62,323 nt of DNA from Eubacteriales bacterium (GTDB lineage Bacteria > Bacillota > Clostridia > Oscillospirales > CAG-272). The position numbers and the translations under genes were made by a program. Below are positions 55,655-62,323 of this stretch, piece by piece. The first letter of the stretch is position 1; every line of letters starts with the position of its first letter. Where the stretch lies: positions 1 to 62,323 of the forward strand of contig JAZNXE010000009.1 of NCBI GenBank assembly GCA_045593725.1, given 5' to 3'. The notes beneath the pieces were generated by a model, which did not search any database, was not told the origin of the DNA, and saw only the letters and a list, made by a program, of their open reading frames with translations.

Positions 55655-56362
55655 GTGAATATTAAAGTAGTTAATATGGCCGGTCAGGAAGTTGGCGAAA
55701 TGAGCCTTTCCGACGTTATATTCGGCGCAGAAGTAAACAAGGCAGTCCTCCACGCTGCAGTCAGAGCATTTCTGATGAATCAAAGACAGGGCACACAGTC
55801 CACTCTTACACGCACCGAGGTATCGGGTGGCGGCAAGAAGCCTTGGAGACAGAAGGGCACAGGTAGAGCTCGTCAGGGTTCGACCCGTTCTCCTCAGTGG
55901 ACGCACGGCGGCGTAGCTCTCGGTCCGAAGCCCAGAGATTACAGACTCGCTATGAACAAGAAGACCAAGAGAGTTGCACTCTTCAGCGCACTTTCCGCTA
56001 AGGTTGCGGCAGGTGAGCTTATCGTAGTTGACGAGATTACGATGGACGCATACAAGACCGCAGAGATGGTTAAGATGCTCAAGGCGCTCGGATGCCAGAA
56101 GGAGGTTACCAAGTCTTACAAGGTAACTACCGTTCAGGGTGACGAGGTGGTAAGAGAGAGAAAGACCAGAACTGCTGTTGTTGCAGAGAAGGCTCTCGTA
56201 GTTCTCCCCGAGGTAAACAGCTTCGTAGTTAAGAGCTGTGCAAATATCCCCGGAGTTGAGACAACTCTTTACAGCACTATCAACGTTTATGATGTGCTCA
56301 ACGCTGAGAAGGTCGTTATGACCCGCGCAGCAGTAGAAAAGCTTGAGGAGGTTTACGCGTAA
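55655..56362 (+). CDS. rplD: 50S ribosomal protein L4 (with ~30-aa internal insertion)
   Basis: [19 protein letters not shown] is present. The start is GTG. Confidence 0.93.
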   Translation: MNIKVVNMAGQEVGEMSLSDVIFGAEVNKAVLHAAVRAFLMNQRQGTQSTLTRTEVSGGGKKPWRQKGTGRARQGSTRSPQWTHGGVALGPKPRDYRLAMNKKTKRVALFSALSAKVAAGELIVVDEITMDAYKTAEMVKMLKALGCQKEVTKSYKVTTVQGDEVVRERKTRTAVVAEKALVVLPEVNSFVVKSCANIPGVETTLYSTINVYDVLNAEKVVMTRAAVEKLEEVYA

Positions 56363-56655
56363 TGAAAATGGTACAGGATATCATCATTAAGCCTATCATC
56401 ACCGAGGCAAGCATGGACAAACTCGCTGACAAGAAGTACACCTTCAAGGTTCAGGCTGACGCAACAAAGCCTGAGATCGCAAAGGCTGTTGAAGCTATGT
56501 TCGGCGTAAAGGTCGCGTGTGTAAACACAATCAATATGAAGAAGAAGCCCAAGAGACTCGGCGTTCACTTCGGATACACCTCCGAGTGGAAGAAGGCTGT
56601 TGTAACCCTTACAGCAGACTCCAAGACCATCGAGTTCTTCGACGGCCTTAACTGA
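56362..56655 (+). CDS. rplW: 50S ribosomal protein L23
   Basis: [10 protein letters not shown] is present and the operon order fits. Confidence 0.93.
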   Translation: MKMVQDIIIKPIITEASMDKLADKKYTFKVQADATKPEIAKAVEAMFGVKVACVNTINMKKKPKRLGVHFGYTSEWKKAVVTLTADSKTIEFFDGLN

Positions 56656-56674
56656 TGGTAGGAGGTAAAGAGTA

Positions 56675-57505
56675 ATGCCTACAAAGAAGTATAAGCCTAC
56701 TACACCCGGCAGAAGATTTATGTCCGTGCCCACCTTCGAGGAGATAACCAAGTTTACTCCCGAAAAGAGCCTGACAGTCATAAAGAAGAAATTTGCCGGA
56801 AGAAACAGCTACGGCAGAATCACCGTTCGCCATAAGGGCGGCGGAAACAAAGTTAAGTACAGAATTATCGATTTCAAGAGAAGCAACAATCTTCCCGCAA
56901 CCGTAATCGGTATCGAGTACGACCCCAACAGAAGCGCGTATATCGCTCTCCTTCAGAACACTGAGGGCGAGAAGAGCTACATCATCGCTCCCGTTGGACT
57001 TAAGGATGGCGACGTTGTTTACACTGGCGCTGATGCAGATATCAAGCCCGGTAACACGCTTCCTATCGAAAACATCCCCGTGGGTACTTTCATCCACAAC
57101 ATTGAGCTTTACCCCGGCAAGGGCGCTCAGCTCGTACGCTCCGCAGGCGTCGCTGCACAGCTTATCTCTAAGGAGAATGGCATCGCGCAGGTAAGACTTC
57201 CCTCCGGAGAGGTAAGAATCATCCGTCTTGACTGTAAGGCAACTATCGGTCAGGTTGGTAATATCGAGCACGACACCGTTAAGCTTGGTAAGGCGGGTAA
57301 GACAAGACACTTGGGAATTCGTCCCACAGTACGCGGTTCCGTAATGAACCCCTGTGACCACCCCCACGGTGGTGGTGAAGGTAAATCTCCTATCGGAAGA
57401 CCTTCTCCCGTTACTCCTTGGGGTAAGCCTGCTCTCGGTTATAAGACCAGAAACAAGAAGGCTAGAACAGACAAGTTCATCGTAAAACGCAGAAACGCTA
57501 AATAA
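56675..57505 (+). CDS. rplB: 50S ribosomal protein L2
   Basis: [12 protein letters not shown] and HPHGGGEGK are present. Confidence 0.97.
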   Translation: MPTKKYKPTTPGRRFMSVPTFEEITKFTPEKSLTVIKKKFAGRNSYGRITVRHKGGGNKVKYRIIDFKRSNNLPATVIGIEYDPNRSAYIALLQNTEGEKSYIIAPVGLKDGDVVYTGADADIKPGNTLPIENIPVGTFIHNIELYPGKGAQLVRSAGVAAQLISKENGIAQVRLPSGEVRIIRLDCKATIGQVGNIEHDTVKLGKAGKTRHLGIRPTVRGSVMNPCDHPHGGGEGKSPIGRPSPVTPWGKPALGYKTRNKKARTDKFIVKRRNAK

Positions 57506-57519
57506 GGAGGGAATATAAG

Positions 57520-57801
57520 ATGAGCAGAAGTTTGAAGAAAGCGCCTTACGTTGAAGAGAAGCTTTATGCACGCGTATGCGCTATGAACGAAAAGAACGAG
57601 AAGAAAGTACTCAAGACTTGGTCCCGTTCCTCTACAATATTCCCTGAGTTTGTAGGTCACACCATCGCGGTTCACGACGGAAGAAAGCACGTTCCGGTAT
57701 ATGTTACCGAGGATATGGTAGGACACAAGCTCGGCGAGTTCGCGCTTACAAGAACATTCAAGGGCCACGCAGGCTCCAAGACATCCAACAACGGTAAATA
57801 A
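57520..57801 (+). CDS. rpsS: 30S ribosomal protein S19
   Basis: [11 protein letters not shown] and [16 protein letters not shown] are present. Confidence 0.96.
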   Translation: MSRSLKKAPYVEEKLYARVCAMNEKNEKKVLKTWSRSSTIFPEFVGHTIAVHDGRKHVPVYVTEDMVGHKLGEFALTRTFKGHAGSKTSNNGK

Positions 57802-57823
57802 TGCAAAGGGAGGATAATTGAAA

Positions 57824-58159
57824 ATGGAAGCAATAGCAAAGCTTAGACATGCAAGAATTTCCCCGCGCAAGGTTAAGATCGTTCTCGACCTCATCAGAGG
57901 TAAGGATGCAGGTACCGCAATGGCAATTCTGAAGAACACTAACAAGTCTGCTTCGGAATACCTTGTAAAGCTGCTGGGAAGCGCAATCGCAAACGCAGTA
58001 AACAATTTCAATATGGACGAGACAAAGCTCTATGTATCCGAGTGCTTCGTATGCCCCGGTCCCACTCTTAAGAGAATAATGCCCAGAGCAAAGGGAAGCG
58101 CAGACAGAATACTCAAGAGAACTTCTCACGTAACCATAGTAGTTAAAGAAAGAGACTGA
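57824..58159 (+). CDS. rplV: 50S ribosomal protein L22
   Basis: I preferred the ATG at 57824 over the TTG at 57818. RISPRKVK is present. Confidence 0.93.
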   Translation: MEAIAKLRHARISPRKVKIVLDLIRGKDAGTAMAILKNTNKSASEYLVKLLGSAIANAVNNFNMDETKLYVSECFVCPGPTLKRIMPRAKGSADRILKRTSHVTIVVKERD

Positions 58160-58180
58160 GAAAAGGAGGTAAGAGCTTAA

Positions 58181-58942
58181 ATGGGTCAGAAGGTAAATCC
58201 CCACGGACTTCGCGTGGGCGTAATTAAAAACTGGGATTCGAGATGGTTCGTTTCCGACGAAAAGTTCGGCGATACCCTCGTATCCGACTACAACATCAGA
58301 AAGTACCTGAAGAAAGAGCTCCAGGCTGCGGGCGTTCCTAAGATAGAGATCGAGCGCGACAGCCAGAGAGTACGCGTATTTATCCACTGCTCCAAGCCCG
58401 GTATGGTTATCGGACGCGGTGGCGCAGAGATAGAGAAATACAAGAACGAGCTTCAGAAGATGGTTGGCATGCCCGTTGCCCTCAACGTTGTTGAGGTTAG
58501 ACAGCCCGACCTCGATGCTCAGCTCGTAGCAGAGAACATCGCAGCACAGCTTGAGCGCCGCGTAGCGTTCAGACGCGCGATGAAGATGGCTATCCGTAAC
58601 ACCATGAGACTTGGCGCAAAGGGTATCAAGATTACCTGCGGCGGACGTCTTGGCGGTGCGGAAATCGCAAGAAGTGAGCACTATCACGAGGGAACAATCC
58701 CGCTTCAGACACTCAGAGCCGATATCGATTACGGCTTCTGGGAAGCAAACACCACCTACGGTAAGATCGGCGTTAAGGTATGGATATACAAGGGCGAGGT
58801 TCTTAACGAGGTAAACAGATCTTCCGCACAGAAGGACAACAAGCGTCCCGAGCGCCGTGACAACAGAAACGGTGAGAGACGCGGCCGCCGTCCCGAGGGC
58901 GCAAGAGGCGAGAGAGCTCCAAGAGAAGGAGGACGCAAATAA
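58181..58942 (+). CDS. rpsC: 30S ribosomal protein S3 (Arg-rich C-terminal tail)
   Basis: [13 protein letters not shown] and the KH domain are present. Confidence 0.96.
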   Translation: MGQKVNPHGLRVGVIKNWDSRWFVSDEKFGDTLVSDYNIRKYLKKELQAAGVPKIEIERDSQRVRVFIHCSKPGMVIGRGGAEIEKYKNELQKMVGMPVALNVVEVRQPDLDAQLVAENIAAQLERRVAFRRAMKMAIRNTMRLGAKGIKITCGGRLGGAEIARSEHYHEGTIPLQTLRADIDYGFWEANTTYGKIGVKVWIYKGEVLNEVNRSSAQKDNKRPERRDNRNGERRGRRPEGARGERAPREGGRK

Positions 58943-59355
58943 TGTTAATGCCGAAGAGAGTTAAGTACCGTCGTGTTCAGCGCGGCAGACTTAAAGGAAA
59001 AGCAATGAGCGGCAATAAGGTTACAAACGGTTCTTACGGTCTTGTAGCACTTGAGCCCGCTTGGATAACAAGCAACCAGATCGAGGCTGCCCGTATCGCA
59101 ATGACAAGATACATCAAGCGTGGCGGTAAGGTTTGGATCAAGATATTCCCCGATAAGCCTATCACAGAGAAGCCTGCTGAAACTCGAATGGGTTCAGGTA
59201 AGGGATCTCCCGAGTACTGGGTAGCTGTTGTTAAGCCGGGAAGAGTTATGTTCGAGATGGACGGAGTTGCTGAGGACGTAGCGCGTGAGGCTATGCGTCT
59301 TGCATCTCACAAGCTCCCCATCAAGTGTAAGTTCGCAGTAAAGGAGGAAGCGTAA
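58942..59355 (+). CDS. rplP: 50S ribosomal protein L16
   Basis: [11 protein letters not shown] is present. Confidence 0.96.
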   Translation: MLMPKRVKYRRVQRGRLKGKAMSGNKVTNGSYGLVALEPAWITSNQIEAARIAMTRYIKRGGKVWIKIFPDKPITEKPAETRMGSGKGSPEYWVAVVKPGRVMFEMDGVAEDVAREAMRLASHKLPIKCKFAVKEEA

Positions 59356-59359
59356 AGCT

Positions 59360-59560
59360 ATGAAGTCTGCAAAATTTAATGAAGAACTCAGAAAAATGAG
59401 CGCGGAAGAGCTTAATGCCAAACTCAAGGAACTTAAGGAAGAGCTCTTCACCCTGCGCTTCCAGCACGCAATAAACCAGCTTGACAATCCTCAGAGAATT
59501 GTTGAAGTAAAGCGTAACATCGCTCGCGTAATGACAATCCTCTCCGAGAAAAATGCGTAA
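59360..59560 (+). CDS. rpmC: 50S ribosomal protein L29
   Basis: LKEELFTLRFQ is present. Confidence 0.93.
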   Translation: MKSAKFNEELRKMSAEELNAKLKELKEELFTLRFQHAINQLDNPQRIVEVKRNIARVMTILSEKNA

Positions 59561-59572
59561 GGAGGAATAGTC

Positions 59573-59830
59573 ATGGAAGAAAGAAATCTCAGAAAAACCA
59601 GAGTAGGAACAGTAGTCAGCGATAAGATGAACAAGACAGTTGTTGTAGCTATCGAGGACAACGTAAAGCATCCTAAGTACGGTAAGATCATCAAGCGCAC
59701 CTTGAAGGTACACGCACACGACGAGGAGAGCATCTGCGGCGTAGGCGACAGAGTAGAGATCATGGAAACAAGACCGCTTTCCAAGACCAAGAGATGGCGC
59801 ATTGTTGAAATAATCGAAAAAGCTAAATAA
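59573..59830 (+). CDS. rpsQ: 30S ribosomal protein S17
   Basis: [14 protein letters not shown] and HPKYGK are present. Confidence 0.94.
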   Translation: MEERNLRKTRVGTVVSDKMNKTVVVAIEDNVKHPKYGKIIKRTLKVHAHDEESICGVGDRVEIMETRPLSKTKRWRIVEIIEKAK

Positions 59831-59898
59831 TTTAGCTCCACAAAAACCATATACAGTAAATACGGCAAAAATCGTATTGAAATCAGGAGGAAAAGAAA

Positions 59899-60267
59899 GT
59901 GATACAGCAACAAACATTAATGAAGGTTGCCGATAACACCGGAGCTAAAGAGCTGATGTGCATTCGCGTACTCGGCGGAACAGGCCGCAGATACGCAAAC
60001 ATTGGTGACGTGGTAGTAGCCTGCGTAAAGAAGGCTGCTCCCGGCGGTGTTGTTAAGAAGGGCGAGGTCGTTAAGGCTGTTGTAGTAAGAAGCGTACACG
60101 GTATGAAGCGTGCAGACGGCTCCTACATCAAGTTTGACGAAAACGCAGCGGTAATCATCAAGGAAGATAAGACACCTAAAGGAACCCGTATTTTTGGCCC
60201 GGTAGCAAGAGAGCTTCGTGAGAAGGATTACCTCAAGATACTCTCTCTCGCACCCGAAGTACTTTAA
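59899..60267 (+). CDS. rplN: 50S ribosomal protein L14
   Basis: The start is [20 protein letters not shown] is present. Confidence 0.96.
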   Translation: MIQQQTLMKVADNTGAKELMCIRVLGGTGRRYANIGDVVVACVKKAAPGGVVKKGEVVKAVVVRSVHGMKRADGSYIKFDENAAVIIKEDKTPKGTRIFGPVARELREKDYLKILSLAPEVL

Positions 60268-60281
60268 TGGAGGTATCGAAA

Positions 60282-60587
60282 ATGAATATCAGAAAAGACG
60301 ATACAGTTATTGTTCTTTCCGGTGACGATAAGGGCGCTAAGGGAAAGGTAATTGCCGTTTCCCCTAAGGAAGGAAAGGTTCTCGTAGAACAGGTCAACGT
60401 TATCCACAAGCACGTTAAGCCCAGAAAGCAGGGCGAGGCTGGCGGAATCATTGACGCAGAAGGCGCAATCTACGCGTCTAAGGTAGCTCTTTATTGCAAG
60501 AAGTGCGATAAGGGCGTAAGAGTCGCTCACAAGATGGTTGACGGTAAGAAGGTTCGTGTCTGCGCTAAGTGCGGACAGGAGCTTTAA
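60282..60587 (+). CDS. rplX: 50S ribosomal protein L24
   Basis: The ATG at 60282 follows GGAGG. The KOW motif is IRKDDTVIVLSGDDKGAKGKV. Confidence 0.93.
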   Translation: MNIRKDDTVIVLSGDDKGAKGKVIAVSPKEGKVLVEQVNVIHKHVKPRKQGEAGGIIDAEGAIYASKVALYCKKCDKGVRVAHKMVDGKKVRVCAKCGQEL

Positions 60588-60603
60588 TGGGAGGTAAGTA
60601 ACG

Positions 60604-61146
60604 ATGGCAAGAATTAAAGATTTGTACAAGGCCGAGGTTGCTCCCGCCCTTATGAAGAAGTTTGAGTACAAGAGCCCCATGCAGATCCCCAAGCTTGATA
60701 AGATAGTTATCAACTGCGGTGTGGGTGAGGCAAGAGATAACTCTAAGGCTCTTGACGCAGTTCTTAAGGACCTGAGCATTATCTCGGGTCAGAAGGCAGT
60801 TCCCACCTACGCAAAGAAGTCCGTGGCTAACTTCAAGCTCCGTGAGGGTATGAAGATAGGCGCAAAGGTTACTCTTCGCGGCGACAAGATGTATGAGTTT
60901 GTTGACAGACTCTTCAACTTCGCGCTCCCCAGAGTTCGTGACTTCAAGGGAATCAACCCCAACGCATTCGACGGCAGAGGAAACTATGCGCTCGGTCTTA
61001 AGGAGCAGCTCATATTCCCCGAAATCGAGTACGATCAGGTTGACAAGATCCGCGGAATGGATATCTGCTTTGTAACAACTGCAAACACAAACGAAGAAGC
61101 AAGAGAGCTCCTCAAGCTTTTGGGCGCTCCCTTCGCAAACAACTAA
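60604..61146 (+). CDS. rplE: 50S ribosomal protein L5
   Basis: MARIKDLYK and [15 protein letters not shown] are present. Confidence 0.96.
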   Translation: MARIKDLYKAEVAPALMKKFEYKSPMQIPKLDKIVINCGVGEARDNSKALDAVLKDLSIISGQKAVPTYAKKSVANFKLREGMKIGAKVTLRGDKMYEFVDRLFNFALPRVRDFKGINPNAFDGRGNYALGLKEQLIFPEIEYDQVDKIRGMDICFVTTANTNEEARELLKLLGAPFANN

Positions 61147-61160
61147 GGAGGTAGCAAAAG

Positions 61161-61346
61161 ATGGCAAAGAAGGCTATGATACTCAAGCAGCAGAAGGCTC
61201 AGAAGTACTCCACCCGTGAGTACAACAGATGCAAGATCTGCGGTCGTCCCCACGCTTATCTCCGCAAGTACGGCATCTGCCGTATCTGCTTCCGTGAGCT
61301 CGCATACAAGGGCGAGATTCCCGGTGTAAAGAAGGCAAGCTGGTAA
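61161..61346 (+). CDS. rpsN: 30S ribosomal protein S14 type Z (zinc form)
   Basis: The protein is 61 aa with CKICGR...CRICFR. Confidence 0.95.
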   Translation: MAKKAMILKQQKAQKYSTREYNRCKICGRPHAYLRKYGICRICFRELAYKGEIPGVKKASW

Positions 61347-61492
61347 AACAGCTTACAAAAATAGGTCTTTCATACGAAAGATTCTCCAAACTATCGGAAG
61401 GAAGCTAATCCGTGGATGGGCTTAACCGCCGATATGCCGCCGTAAATAACGGCAGCAAGAAAAAATTAACTTGCATACAGGAGGATATGAAA

Positions 61493-61891
61493 ATGCAAAT
61501 GTCAGATGTAATCGCCGATATGCTCACAAGAATCAGAAATGCTAATGACGCAAAGCACGCTACTGTGGACATTCCGGCATCCAACATGAAGAAGTCTATC
61601 GCAGACATTCTTGTTGAAGAAGGCTACGTAAAGAGCTATCAGGTAATCGAGGACGGCAAGCAGGGCGTTATCCGCGTTGCTCTCAAGTACACCGCAGGTA
61701 AGCAGAAGGTTATCCGCGGTCTCAAGAGAGTTTCCAAGCCCGGTCTCCGTATCTACTCCAACTGTGAGGATATGCCCAAGGTTATGAACGGTCTCGGTAT
61801 CGCCATCGTTTCTACCTCTAAGGGCGTTATGACCGACAAGAAGGCAAGACTCGCTAACGTTGGCGGCGAGATCCTCGCTTTCGTATGGTAA
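61493..61891 (+). CDS. rpsH: 30S ribosomal protein S8
   Basis: The ATG at 61493 lies 8 nt after [20 protein letters not shown] is present. Confidence 0.94.
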   Translation: MQMSDVIADMLTRIRNANDAKHATVDIPASNMKKSIADILVEEGYVKSYQVIEDGKQGVIRVALKYTAGKQKVIRGLKRVSKPGLRIYSNCEDMPKVMNGLGIAIVSTSKGVMTDKKARLANVGGEILAFVW

Positions 61892-61907
61892 TGGGGAGGT
61901 AAATAGA

Positions 61908-62250
61908 ATGTCTAGAATTGGAAGAGAACCTATTACAGTACCCGCAGGCGTAACCGTTACTGTTGAAGCAGGCAACGCAGTTACCGTTAAGGGCCCCCTC
62001 GGCGAGCTTAAGCAGAGCTTCAGCCCCGCAATTACCATCGCACAGAACGGCGACGTTATCAACGTTACCCGTCCTAATGACGAGAAGCAGAATCGTGCAC
62101 TCCACGGTCTTACCAGAACTCTTCTTAACAATATGGTCGTTGGTGTAACCAAGGGCTATGAGAAGAAGCTCGAGATCGTCGGTGTAGGTTACAGAGTAGA
62201 GAAGAAGGGCACCAGCCTCGTTCTCGGTCTCGGTTACTCTCACCCCGTTA
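61908..62250 (+). CDS. rplF: 50S ribosomal protein L6, N-terminal part (truncated by the contig end and adapter)
   Basis: [17 protein letters not shown]...LGLGYSHPV is present. This ORF is absent from the supplied track. The reading frame continues into adapter sequence after 62250. Confidence 0.9.
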
Positions 62251-62323
62251 AAGTCGGAGGCCAAGCGGTCTTAGGAAGACAAGGCATATTATCAACTCCT
62301 TGGCTCACAGAACGACATGGCTA
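62251..62323. other. MGI/BGISEQ sequencing adapter (not biological sequence)
   Basis: AAGTCGGAGGCCAAGCGGTCTTAGGAAGACAA, then the 10-nt index GGCATATTAT, then CAACTCCTTGGCTCACAGAACGACATGGCTA. The last part is the reverse complement of the second MGI adapter. Confidence 0.9.

Noticed and set aside
56648-58687. Two ~300-aa minus-strand ORFs (56648-57571 and 57758-58687)
   Set aside because: They are antisense to rplB, rpsS, rplV and rpsC, which are unambiguous. They are typical shadow frames.
62251-62323. Continuation of the L6 reading frame (…[24 protein letters not shown])
   Set aside because: The sequence is sequencing adapter, not L6.

Overview
This window looks like a chromosomal segment from a spore-forming Firmicute of the Clostridia type, because yqfC, yqfD and ylbJ are present. 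It is mostly housekeeping DNA. The recognisable genes are murE, pyk, cysK, mutS2-recO-era-ybeY-phoH, rqcH, coaW, rsmA, rimI-tsaD-rex, dnaD/dnaC-like replication genes and a T-box-controlled cysE-cysS pair. The right end carries the S10-spc ribosomal protein operon from rpsJ to a partial rplF. There are also two heterodimeric ABC exporter pairs (one with a MarR repressor), a PadR-DUF1700-DUF4097 operon, and a divergent SdpR-SdpI-ABC operon. RNA features are three tRNAs (initiator-type Met, Leu-UAA, Thr-CGU), a singlet glycine riboswitch upstream of an alanine/glycine symporter, and a Cys T-box.

The accessory or unusual parts are as follows.
1. A roughly 4.9 kb decayed islet lies next to tRNA-fMet. 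It is bracketed by degenerate copies of the tRNA 3' end and carries a BspA-type LRR lipoprotein, an orphan arsC coupled to a Cys-rich protein, and an IS481-like element.
2. A DUF559 nuclease gene sits inside a four-hairpin palindromic element. An ORF-less miniature copy of that element lies 11 kb away. The cassette is itself nested within a 43-bp inverted-repeat pair.
3. A MITE-like terminator element occurs in two copies.
4. An aspartate racemase, a truncated ATP-grasp fragment and a MurE with a non-canonical DNPD motif are adjacent.
5. The last 73 nt of the window are MGI/BGISEQ sequencing adapter, not genome.

I found no defence system, CRISPR array or prophage that I could support. Coordinates of non-coding features were counted by hand and may be off by 1-2 nt.
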